A stretch of DNA of 64,000 nucleotides. It comes from Candidatus Heimdallarchaeum endolithica (GTDB lineage Archaea > Asgardarchaeota > Heimdallarchaeia > Heimdallarchaeales > Heimdallarchaeaceae). Below are positions 1-10,186 of this stretch, one piece after another (position 1 is the stretch's first letter; every line of letters starts with the position of its first letter). The notes beneath the pieces are model-generated. The model made no database searches, was not told where the DNA came from, and was given only the letters and a program-made list of their open reading frames with translations. The stretch is taken from assembly GCA_021513715.1 (NCBI GenBank), contig CP084167.1, forward strand, positions 1,664,001 through 1,728,000, read 5' to 3'. Made by a program: the position numbers and the translations under genes.

Positions 1-785
1 TTGTAAAATTACTAGAAGAAAGACTACCAAAACTTAAATTTCTATTAGGAATTAACGCTCAAAAACTTGTTTTAAATGACGAGGGATACGTAACAAAAGT
101 AATTACTACAGAAGGAGAAGAGTTAGAAACGGATCTGGTTATTGCTGCAGCTGGTGTAGCACCAGAGGTCACATTGGCAAAAGAAGCAGGATTAGAAATT
201 GGTGAAACAGGAGCTATTGTAACAGATGAAGAATTAAGAACATCAGATAAAAACATTTTAGCTATAGGAGATTGTGCAGAAACTCTCCATCTAGTTTCGA
301 AGAAACCAGTTAATTCTGCACTAGCTACATGTGGAGTAAGAATGTCAAGAGTCGCTGCAATGACTATTGCAAAACCAGGAACACTAAAATTCCCAGGAAC
401 TCTTAACAACTTTATAGTACCGTATATTGACATCAGAGTAGGGTCAGTAGGCTTAACTGAAACAGCTGCCAAAGAACTAGGATTTGAAACTGCCTCTGCT
501 AAAATAAAAACATTTGATAAACCTCATTATATGCCTGATAAAACAGATTTTTACTTCAAGTTGATTGTAGACAAACAAACAGATAAAATTCTAGGTGCAC
601 AAGCAATAGGTTCAGATTACACTATAACTAACCTCAATATTGTAGCCTTAGCTTTACAAAAAGAAATGACTTTTCAAGAACTATTAGAAGCAGACCTAAG
701 TTATGCCCCAGCAGTCAATGAAACAATTTATCCTGTCACTCAAGCTTTAGAATTTATTGCAAGAAAAGTGTTAAGAAAAAGATAG
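1..785 (+). CDS. FAD-dependent pyridine nucleotide-disulfide oxidoreductase (NADH oxidase / CoA-disulfide reductase family), 5'-truncated by window
   Basis: Frame is open from base 3. Motifs ILAIGDCAE (FAD binding), KILGAQ and C-terminal DLSYAP (Nox/CoADR dimerisation domain). Confidence 0.85.
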   Translation, partial: VKLLEERLPKLKFLLGINAQKLVLNDEGYVTKVITTEGEELETDLVIAAAGVAPEVTLAKEAGLEIGETGAIVTDEELRTSDKNILAIGDCAETLHLVSKKPVNSALATCGVRMSRVAAMTIAKPGTLKFPGTLNNFIVPYIDIRVGSVGLTETAAKELGFETASAKIKTFDKPHYMPDKTDFYFKLIVDKQTDKILGAQAIGSDYTITNLNIVALALQKEMTFQELLEADLSYAPAVNETIYPVTQALEFIARKVLRKR

Positions 786-904
786 AATTTTTTTACAATT
801 ATCTTTTGTTAAAACAGATTATTTCTTTTTTTCAAATTATTGATATACTTTATAGATTCTGAAAAACATTTATATCTATAAAAAAAATCAATTAACTGAT
901 TACA

Positions 905-2065
905 ATGACAGAATTAAAAAAAACCCCCATGTGGAAAATCCATGAAGAAGCAGGAGCTCGCATGATTGATTTTTCAGGTTATTACCTTCCTGTTTCGTAT
1001 ACTGGAATAGATAAAGAAATTATGGCTACAAGAGAAAATGTCTCAATTGTAGAAGTCTCTGATATGGGCCGTTACGAGATTAAAGGAAAATATGCTTACA
1101 AGATTATGGAAATGGTTACTCCAAGAGACATTCAAGGAATGTCTGACATGAAATGTGGATATACCTATTACCTTAATGAAAGAGGAGGATACAGAGACGA
1201 TACCATAATTGGAAAATTAAATAATGAACACTTCTTCAACGTATGTAATGCTGGGTCACAGACTAAGAAAGTCTTAGCATGGGTAAAAAATTTTGTTAAA
1301 ATTGTTGAAGATCTTACAGGAGAACCACATGAATTCATTGATTGGACAGAAAAAACAACAATGTTTGCTGTTCAAGGGCCAAATTATAAAGTTATTTTAG
1401 ATAACTTAGGTGTTCCAGACACTGGACGATGGAAAATAATAGAAGCAGAAGTCGAAGGAGCTAAATGCTTATTCACTGGAACAGGGTATACTGGAGAGAT
1501 GGGCTTCGAAGTAACGATATTCGATTCAACAGTTGAAAATCCAGAAAAAGGAATCAAAGTTTGGAATGCAATACTAAAAGCTGGAGAAGAAGTAGGAATT
1601 GCTTTATGTGGGCTTGGAGCAAGAGATGCTCTACGTATTGAAGCAGGTTTACCATTATATGGCGAGGATATACACGAGGATGTTAATCCTATTGAAGCAG
1701 GATATGACTTCCCAGTATTTATGAAAGTAGATAAGGAACCATGGTTCTTTGGAAAGGAAGCTATCCTAAAAGCTATGGAAGAAGGAGTTAAAATTAAGCA
1801 TGTAGGAATCATCCTGTTAGAAAAAGGTATTCCTAGAGCTGGATATGATATTCTTAATCAAGATGGAGAGAAAATAGGTTATATGTGCAATGGAGTTAGA
1901 TCACCTGTCTTAAATGCAGGAATAGGAATGGGATATGTTGACATAGAATATTCAAAACCAGATACAGAAGTCTTTGTGCAAATAAGAAAGAAGCAAGTTC
2001 CAGCAAAAGTTGTAAAATTGCCTTTTTACGACACTTCAAAATGGGGATGGAAGAGAAATAAATAG
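905..2065 (+). CDS. gcvT: Glycine cleavage system T protein (aminomethyltransferase)
   Basis: LKKTP, TGYTGEMGFE, GLGARDALRIEAGLPLYG and C-terminal VVKLPFY; adjacent to gcvH/P. Confidence 0.97.
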   Translation: MTELKKTPMWKIHEEAGARMIDFSGYYLPVSYTGIDKEIMATRENVSIVEVSDMGRYEIKGKYAYKIMEMVTPRDIQGMSDMKCGYTYYLNERGGYRDDTIIGKLNNEHFFNVCNAGSQTKKVLAWVKNFVKIVEDLTGEPHEFIDWTEKTTMFAVQGPNYKVILDNLGVPDTGRWKIIEAEVEGAKCLFTGTGYTGEMGFEVTIFDSTVENPEKGIKVWNAILKAGEEVGIALCGLGARDALRIEAGLPLYGEDIHEDVNPIEAGYDFPVFMKVDKEPWFFGKEAILKAMEEGVKIKHVGIILLEKGIPRAGYDILNQDGEKIGYMCNGVRSPVLNAGIGMGYVDIEYSKPDTEVFVQIRKKQVPAKVVKLPFYDTSKWGWKRNK

Positions 2066-2179
2066 ATGACTTTTCTTTTTTCTAATTATCTTTTTTTTAA
2101 ACTTTTGTAGTCTCTGAACAAAATTTATAAACTTAGATTCACTTTTCTTAACAATTAACATAATTTTGAGGAAATAGAA

Positions 2180-2602
2180 ATGACAGAAGAAATTGTGATA
2201 AAGGACAAATATGTTATAAAAAAAGAGCCATTCAAATACACAAAAACCCATGAATGGGTACTTAAACAAGAAGATGGAACTTGGCTCTATGGAATCACAG
2301 GATATGCTGCCACAGAGCTTGGAGAGCTCGCTTTTGTAGAGTTTCCAGAAGTAGGAGACACTTTTGAAGCTGAAGAATCAATGGGTGTTATTGAAGCTTT
2401 AAAAACAGTATCAGATTATTATGCACCTTTTGATTGCGAAGTTGTAGAAATACATGAAGAACTTGAAGACGATGCAAATATCATCCATGAGGATTGTTAT
2501 GGTGAAGGCTGGATACTAAAAGTCAAACCAACAAATGGTACTGACACACTTATTACAGCTGAGGAATACGCTGAAATTGTTAAAAAGGAAATTGAGCATT
2601 AA
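2180..2602 (+). CDS. gcvH: Glycine cleavage system H protein
   Basis: YTKTHEWV, GITGYA, lipoyl-lysine motif IEALKTVSD, CYGEGWI. Confidence 0.97.
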   Translation: MTEEIVIKDKYVIKKEPFKYTKTHEWVLKQEDGTWLYGITGYAATELGELAFVEFPEVGDTFEAEESMGVIEALKTVSDYYAPFDCEVVEIHEELEDDANIIHEDCYGEGWILKVKPTNGTDTLITAEEYAEIVKKEIEH

Positions 2603-2604
2603 AG

Positions 2605-4002
2605 GTGGGGGTGTTCTTGTCTAATTTTTCTCACCCTTATATTGCCAATTCAGAGCAAGATAAAAAAGAAATGCTCGCTGAACTTGGTTTTAACAGCATT
2701 GATGAACTTTACTCAGATATTCCTGAAAACATTAGGTTCAAAGGCGAATTAAAAGTCCCTCATTTCCAGAGTGAATTTGAAGTAAAAGAACATATAGAGA
2801 AACTTTTGTCAAAAAACATCTCAACACGAGAATACAGATCATTTTTAGGGGGAGGGGTACTAGATGTTTACATTCCAGCAGCTCAAGATGAACTACTGAG
2901 AAGAACAGAGTTTTATAGCGCCTACACCCCTTATCAACCAGAAACAAGTCAAGGAACATTACATACATTATTTGAGTATCAAAGTATGATTTGTGAATTG
3001 CTAGCAATGGATACTGCCAACTGCACTATGTATGACTGGGCTACGGGTCTAGGTGAAGCTGCTTTAATGACTGCAAGAATAAAGAAGAAAGGTAACAAAT
3101 TTTTGTATACAGCTGCTACTGCACCAAATAGGAAAGAAGTGTTAAAAAATTACGTTTCTGGAGCTAAACTTGAACTAATTGAAATACCTTATGACAAAGA
3201 AACTGGAAAAATGGATAAAGAAAAAGCCATAGAACTTATGAGCGAAGGAGTAGTAGGAATATACTTTGAAAATCCCAACTACTTTGGAGTAGTTGAGGAT
3301 GAAATTGAAGAAGTAATAAAAGTTGCAAAAGAACGAAAAATTGTTGTTGTTGCAGGTGTCGACACAAGTTCTCTTGGCATAATTGAAGCTCCAGGCAATT
3401 ATGGAGTCGACATAGCTATCGGAGACGCTCAACCCATTGGAGCTGGCCCATTAAATTTCGGTGGACCTTTAGCTGGAGTTTTTGCAATGAAATTTGATAA
3501 GAAATGGACAAGACAAATGCCCGGAAGAATAGTAGGAATTACACTTACTCCAAAGAAAGGTAAATGGGCATTTACTAACACACTTCAAACAAGAGAACAA
3601 CACATCAAGAGATTTAGAGCAACAAGTAATATTTGTACAAACGAAGCTCTAATGGCAATGAGTACAGCTTTTCATTTAGCATTACTAGGTCCTCAAGGTA
3701 TAAAAGAAACTGGAGAGTCAATGTATTATAATGCGCATTACCTAAAAGAAGAACTTGAAAAAATAGGTGTAAAAACAGTCTTTAATTCAGAATTCTTCAA
3801 CACGTTCTTAATAGATCTTAAGATACCTAAAGACAAAAAAGAGGAATTTACTAAATTTATGTTAGAGCGAAAGATATTTGCAGGGATACCATTTTCTTTC
3901 GATGGAGAGAACTATGACTATTTAATTACTACGTCCTATTTGCTAAAGAAGAAAGACCTTGACGATTACGTTAAGGCAATAGTGGAATGGAGGAATGAAT
4001 AA
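2605..4002 (+). CDS. gcvPA: Glycine dehydrogenase (decarboxylating) subunit 1 (start may be TTG at 2617)
   Basis: EFYSAYTPYQPETSQG, FGGP, LQTREQHI, ATSNICTN. Confidence 0.97.
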   Translation: MGVFLSNFSHPYIANSEQDKKEMLAELGFNSIDELYSDIPENIRFKGELKVPHFQSEFEVKEHIEKLLSKNISTREYRSFLGGGVLDVYIPAAQDELLRRTEFYSAYTPYQPETSQGTLHTLFEYQSMICELLAMDTANCTMYDWATGLGEAALMTARIKKKGNKFLYTAATAPNRKEVLKNYVSGAKLELIEIPYDKETGKMDKEKAIELMSEGVVGIYFENPNYFGVVEDEIEEVIKVAKERKIVVVAGVDTSSLGIIEAPGNYGVDIAIGDAQPIGAGPLNFGGPLAGVFAMKFDKKWTRQMPGRIVGITLTPKKGKWAFTNTLQTREQHIKRFRATSNICTNEALMAMSTAFHLALLGPQGIKETGESMYYNAHYLKEELEKIGVKTVFNSEFFNTFLIDLKIPKDKKEEFTKFMLERKIFAGIPFSFDGENYDYLITTSYLLKKKDLDDYVKAIVEWRNE

Positions 4003-5542
4003 AATGACTTACAAGCAAGCAACATATGATGAACCTTTAATTTTCGAATTAGGAAAACCAGGAAGAAGGGGACATCTTCCACCAAAAACAGATGTACCAC
4101 CTAGAGAAATTACTATACCCTCAAATATGAAAAGAAAAGAACTCCCACAATTGCCAGAGATGCATGAAGGAGAGGTTGTACGGCACTATCTACATCTTTC
4201 GCAAATGAATTATTGTGTAGACACTGGAATCTATCCTCTTGGTTCTTGTACAATGAAATATAATCCTAAAATCAACGAAGCATTGGCTAGAAATGAAAAG
4301 ATGTGCTATATTCACCCATATCAACCTGAGGAAACAGTACAAGGCATTTTAGAACTTATTTACAACCTTCAAAAAATCTTATCAGAACTAGCAGGTTTGC
4401 CTTATTGTACACTTCAGCCTGCAGCAGGAGCAGCAGGAGAATACCTGGGGTTAAATCTTATTCGAGCATACCATCATGATCGAGGAGACTATGACAGAAT
4501 AGACATTATTACTCCAGACTCTAGCCACGGAACAAACCCAGCAAGTACAGTAATGAATGGGTTCAATATTATTGAAATTGAATCAAATAAGGATGGACAA
4601 GTAGATCTAGAAGCACTAAAAGCAGTTGTATCTGAGAAAACAGCAGGTTTCATGATTACAAACCCGAATACTCTTGGAATATTTGAATCACAAATTGAAG
4701 AAATAGCTAAAATTATTCATGAAGCTGGTGGTCTACTCTATTACGATGGAGCAAACTTTAATGCAATAGTAGGAATGATTCGTCCTGGAGAAATGGGTTT
4801 TGATGTCCTTCATTTCAACTTACATAAAACCTTCTCAACTCCACACGGTGGAGGAGGGCCAGGTGCTGGAGCTGTTTGCTGCTCAGAAAGATTATCATCT
4901 TATTTGCCAGTACCTGTTGTAGAATTTGATGCAGAGAACAACCGTCATTTCTTAAATTATGACATTCCTAAAACAGTAGGTAAAACCCATGGTTATTATG
5001 GTAATATTGCTATAGCTCTCAGGGGATATGCCTACATTTGTGCTCTTGGTGCAGAAGGATTAATTGAAACGTCTAAACAAGCTGTTCTTAATGCAAACTA
5101 TGTTATGAGAAAACTGGAAGAAATTGATGGACTAGTCTTGAAATTCAACAGAGAACTACCTAGAAAACACGAATGTGTACTTGATGCAACACCATTAAAA
5201 CATGAAATTGGTGTTGGAGCTATGGATATTGCTAAAATGCTAATTAGTAGAGGATATCATGCACCAACAGTTTTATTCCCATTAATTGTACATGAAGCTT
5301 TAATGATAGAGCCAACAGAAAATGAGAACAAGGAAAGCTTGGACAGATATATAGAAGTATTTAAAGAAGAAATCGCAAAAGCGAGAGAGGATCCACAATA
5401 TGCTCATGATGCTCCATATAATACTGCTGTTGGAAGAGTAGACGATGCTTGGGCAACAAGAAACCTAATTTTATCATGGAAAATGATTAAAGAATTAGAA
5501 AAGAAAGGTCAATGGCCTCCAAAATGGCCTGAAGATCACTAA
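3995..5542 (+). CDS. gcvPB: Glycine dehydrogenase (decarboxylating) subunit 2
   Basis: YPLGSCTMKYNP, HGTNPAS, PLP lysine motif HFNLHKTFSTPHGGGGPG, MIEPTE. Confidence 0.97.
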   Translation: MNKMTYKQATYDEPLIFELGKPGRRGHLPPKTDVPPREITIPSNMKRKELPQLPEMHEGEVVRHYLHLSQMNYCVDTGIYPLGSCTMKYNPKINEALARNEKMCYIHPYQPEETVQGILELIYNLQKILSELAGLPYCTLQPAAGAAGEYLGLNLIRAYHHDRGDYDRIDIITPDSSHGTNPASTVMNGFNIIEIESNKDGQVDLEALKAVVSEKTAGFMITNPNTLGIFESQIEEIAKIIHEAGGLLYYDGANFNAIVGMIRPGEMGFDVLHFNLHKTFSTPHGGGGPGAGAVCCSERLSSYLPVPVVEFDAENNRHFLNYDIPKTVGKTHGYYGNIAIALRGYAYICALGAEGLIETSKQAVLNANYVMRKLEEIDGLVLKFNRELPRKHECVLDATPLKHEIGVGAMDIAKMLISRGYHAPTVLFPLIVHEALMIEPTENENKESLDRYIEVFKEEIAKAREDPQYAHDAPYNTAVGRVDDAWATRNLILSWKMIKELEKKGQWPPKWPEDH

Positions 5543-5725
5543 ATACTTTCTCCTTATTTTTTATTTTCTTTAATTTTATATTTGCTTTAATTAAGCTTGT
5601 ATCCTATTTAATTTTCAACTGTCGAAAAAAGTCTATAGCGTACTCTGACAAAATTAATAACAGTAAATAAAAATGGGGTATGAGAGTAAAAAAATAATAT
5701 GAAAAAAAACAAAAAATAAAGAATG

Positions 5726-6730
5726 TTAATTATCATAGAATTGTAAATAGAAATAACTGCTAGTATCACCATCTTCAAGAACTGGAGTAGAAACAGATTT
5801 TACATAAGGTTTAATGTTGTCAAAAATCGTTTCTAATGCAAGATCAAAATTTTTCCAAGAGAATGAGGACTTATCCCAAAATTCTTCCATGAAGTATCCT
5901 GTTAATGCTCCATGTTTATTATTTTCATCAGGCATGTTAGAAAAAAAAATTGGCCTAGTAGTTGAATTACTTTCACAAGCTGCAAACATTAGTACGTTTT
6001 TTGAGGCTTTAATAGACATGATTTCATTCATTTCATCAGCATGGCAAGTGTCCATAAAAAGAAACAATTTCGAATCATAGGTAGTAGCAGAATCGGCACA
6101 AGCAAATTTCTCAAAAAGCTTTTTTAAGTTAAAATCATACAAATCAGTTCTATCGTAGGCTGTTACAAAGTGTCTAGTTTGTGTTACTTCGAAACCGTGA
6201 CCTGAATAAATAAAGAAGATTAAATCATTTGGATCAGAATTTTCGACAACTTCAGCAGTGATATCATAGATATTTTGTAATGTAGCTTTGTGATAATCAA
6301 ATTTAAAAGAAGTACTCTCAGGTGCATCAAATAAAGATTCTTGATTAACAGAGTCTTTTTGGCCTAATAGATGTATATTAAATTGAAAAGACTTATAATT
6401 CTTTTTTAAATGATTAAAAAATGCTGAAGCCCACATACACCAGAGAACAGCGTCTTCCCACGCACCAATACATTCTACTCCATTTTGATCTTCTCCCATA
6501 CCGATAATAATGAACTCTGCGTCTATCTTATGATCTGTTGCATCAGGATAACTAATATAGGGAATAGTTACTCCATTTGTACCTCCACCATCTCCTGAAC
6601 CAGGGTCAAGTTCAAATCCTTTAATTAAGTTGTTACTATTTGTTATGGTTATATTTAAACAAGAACCTAATATGGTCGTTAAAACAAACATTGAAATAAT
6701 AAGTCTTTTATGAATACTATTTGTTTTCAT
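5726..6730 (-). CDS. Secreted caspase-like (clan CD, C14/C13-type) cysteine peptidase
   Basis: His-Cys dyad motifs FFIYSGHG and LFMDTCHA, plus MFAAC and GALTGYF; N-terminal basic and hydrophobic signal peptide. Confidence 0.8.
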   Translation of the reverse strand: MKTNSIHKRLIISMFVLTTILGSCLNITITNSNNLIKGFELDPGSGDGGGTNGVTIPYISYPDATDHKIDAEFIIIGMGEDQNGVECIGAWEDAVLWCMWASAFFNHLKKNYKSFQFNIHLLGQKDSVNQESLFDAPESTSFKFDYHKATLQNIYDITAEVVENSDPNDLIFFIYSGHGFEVTQTRHFVTAYDRTDLYDFNLKKLFEKFACADSATTYDSKLFLFMDTCHADEMNEIMSIKASKNVLMFAACESNSTTRPIFFSNMPDENNKHGALTGYFMEEFWDKSSFSWKNFDLALETIFDNIKPYVKSVSTPVLEDGDTSSYFYLQFYDN

Positions 6731-6797
6731 AGCGAGAATAAGAATATTATTTATATATATATATATCTATTTGATTGATGTAAACATTTATTAGTGT

Positions 6798-9597
6798 ATG
6801 AAAGTTTTCAATGATGGGTTAATGATGACTTTTAAAAGAAAAATAGTTTCTTTAACAATATTATTTTTTGTGTTATTATCTTTTATTTCAATTAAAAATG
6901 TTATAGTTACACATGGTTCCTCCTTTTATGAAACAAATAAAGCTAAACAGGATACTTCTCATAACATTACTAGTAAAACATTTTTCAACAATAGTAATTA
7001 TAAGGTTTTATGGAAATTAATTTACCCAACTCCACAATATGGGGATATTACATTTGTTGATATAAATAATGATAATAAGTTAGATGTTTTAATAGGTCCT
7101 CTTCATCCAGGTTTATTTGCGATCAATGGAATAAATGGTTCTATTTTATGGACTAAAAATTTTACATCATTGGATTTTTGGTTTCCTTATGTTTGGTGTT
7201 ATGGTGCTAACCTTTTTGATTTAGACAATGATAAGGAACTTGAAATTATTTTAAGCGTGGGTTTAAATAGAACAGTATATGCTTTTGAGAAAGACTCTAC
7301 AAATATATGGTCTTATAGTCCTCCAAGAGATAATATTGGTAATGCTGTACTTGGAGATACAAATAATGACTTAGAGCAAGAGGTTTTAGTTTCTTATTCT
7401 TCTTTGAAAAACGATAAACAGAGCAACCCAGGAGGAATTGTTAGCCTTTCTCCTAAAAATGGGAAAGAATTATGGAAATATGAAGATTATCGAATCAGAG
7501 CTTCAACTATAGTAGTTACTGATTTGAATGATGATGGTTGTGATGATGTTATAGTTAAAACCTATTTAAATAGTCTATTAGCGGTCGATGGAAAAACCCA
7601 TACTCTACTTTGGGAATATAGTTTTGTGAAAAAAGATTCTAAGAATAATGCTCTCAGTAATCCAGTAATTGCTGATGTAGATGGGAATGGAAAACTAGAA
7701 ATTTTTGCAGGAGCTAATGACGATTTCTTCTATGCTATAGATGCTGAGACAGGAAAAAAGATTTGGGAGTATATGACGGGAGGTAATATAGGTAATCGTC
7801 CAGCTTTAGGAGATTTAAATTGTGATGGTGTTTTAGATGTAATATTTACAAGTGAAGATGGAAAATTATATGTGCTTGATGGTTTAAAAGGAAAACTTAT
7901 TTGGTCTTTTAAATTCGGAAAATCTCTTAATTCTCCAGACTGTGATTGCTTTTACATTACCTATTCAACGCCTCTAATAGGCGATCTCAATAATGACAAT
8001 GGACTTGATGTACTAATTGGTGGGTGCGAATCTTACTATGCTTTAAATGGTAAAACAGGTGAAGTGTTATGGAAATTTGAAAATCCTTCACTAATAGAGA
8101 GAGACGAAGCAGTTGATGTTGTAGATACAGGAGCCATTGTTGATTTAGATAATGATGGAGAAAATGAAGTTATTCTTGTTTGGTCAGGACTAGGTGTATA
8201 TGCCTACGATTTTCATGAAGGTGTCTCTGGGAAAAGAATTTATTGGGGTACCGCTCGGGGTAATTCCTTACAACGAGGAAGCTCTTTAGCAGTAGACCAA
8301 GATAGTGATTGCTTATCCGATTATAGTGAGCATTTCTATGAGACTGATGCTGCTGAAAAAGATACAGATCATGATTTTCTTCCTGATGGTTACGAAATTT
8401 CTTGCCTTTATACTTCTCCTACAAGTATCGACAGTGATAATAACGGAATTAATGATGGAGATGAAGACTTTGATGGGGATGGGTTAACGAACAAAAAAGA
8501 ATTTCGACGCCATACTAACCCCTTTATTTTTGATTCTGATACGGATGGAATAAAAGATAAGTTTGACTTTTTTCCTTATTTAAATGACTATATCGTTTAT
8601 TCTAAAATCCTTGGAATTACTTCTTTGTTCGGTTTTTTATTGTATAGTTACAAAAACTACAAGAAAAAAGGTAGAGTTTATAAAATAGTAAACTACATTT
8701 ACAGTAAAATATGTAAATTTATTAAAAAAGGTAAAATCTTTTTCCATAAAGCCTCTGACGATGTTTTCTACTTTCTTCTTGTCAACAAAGGGTTAATAAT
8801 AGCTAAATCTATTCTTGCTTTTATTTTATCTAGTATAATAATTGGTCCTTTTTTCATCCCTTCGTGGAAGGAAAGAATGTATCTTAAGAATACAGAAGCA
8901 CATATTACACTTAATGAAACGGGATCAAATATCAATTATGGTTATATTGATAACACTGGAGAATGTGTAGGGAAATATTGGTTTAGAACCAAGGACGGAA
9001 CATTTTATGCAATATATTATTATACAGGAAGTTATCCATATAGAGATTTCTATAATCCAGGAGAAGGATTTACTTATTCATCAGGAGATTTGGGATTGAA
9101 CATAATTGAAGAGATTCCTCCTGAGGATGTAAAAGAAATAAAAGCAGCGCTTAGAAGACCTTGGTTTTTTACTATTAGGATTAATAGCTATAAGTGTAGT
9201 TTTTTGTTTAACATTCTATATAATACAAAGGATCATAAGCAAAAAAACTGAACGAACGTTTAAAAATACACCTTTTGAAGAAATGATAAGTAATTACCTT
9301 GAGGAAGTAAAGAAAATAAGTTTTAGTAAACAAGAAAGTTTTGCAATGCAAGAATTATGGTTTGACCTAATAGATTACTACTGGGATAAAGGTTTAAATT
9401 ACTATGTTAATATTGAGAAAGAGGAATTACTTGATAAAAAAGGAGCGCAAAAATATTTCATCAAAGATGGTATTCAAGTTAAAGATGTTATTAGATACCT
9501 TGTTCTTTCTGATCTCGAAGCTCAAAAAACTAAATTACCTATCCTTATCAGAACCAAGAGATTAACAAAATCTAAACTGGAAAAAATAACTAGTTGA
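6798..9597 (+). CDS. Membrane-anchored FG-GAP/PQQ-type beta-propeller protein with Ca-binding DxDxDG repeats; frameshifted near 9241 (ORFs 6798-9251 and 9283-9597)
   Basis: Signal peptide; repeated DxNxDGxxDV/EI and G...W blades; DSDxDG repeats; two TM segments. Removing one A from the A7 run at 9241-9247 joins the two ORFs in frame. Confidence 0.75.
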
Positions 9598-10186
9598 TAA
9601 CATTTTTCATATCTTTTTTCTTTGTAAGGTTCAATCAACTCACATTGATAAAAAATAAAAAAAGCGGATTACGAAGATAATTGTTCACTTTATCCACATT
9701 GGTAAGAGCAAATAAAAAGTGATACACGAGGGTAAATGATGAAACATAAATAAATCCAAACGTAACATAGAGAAACTAAGAAAAATTTCAGCATAAAAAC
9801 TTTGTAAAAAAAAGGGAGAAAAAATTATAAAATAACTCACAATTACACGCATAAAAGTAGAAAACTATATTAAACTATTATTCGTAAGATGCAGAGATTA
9901 GGTTTAACTTACTGTCACACCTAACTCTCTTTTTATTTTTTCTTACCACACTGTTATCCTCCCTCACCAGTCTTTAAATTTCCTTATCTGGAGAAAAATT
10001 TATGAATCATCCTACTTTTTTCTCCTACTCAAAGATGATAACCTTTTTGTTTTTTGTGTGACTTCTTAATTCCAATTCTTTTTTCTCTTACTCAAAAGTG
10101 TAACCCATATCTATTAAGTAAACAATCCAAAATAGTTAACAACAAGAACTTTATTATTGATTATTTTTCCCTCTTATTGAAGAGAA

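Noticed and set aside
10015-10106. Two ~29-nt repeats with a 63-bp period as a mini CRISPR array
   Set aside because: Only two imperfect, low-complexity copies, no CRISPR-like terminal motif and no cas genes.
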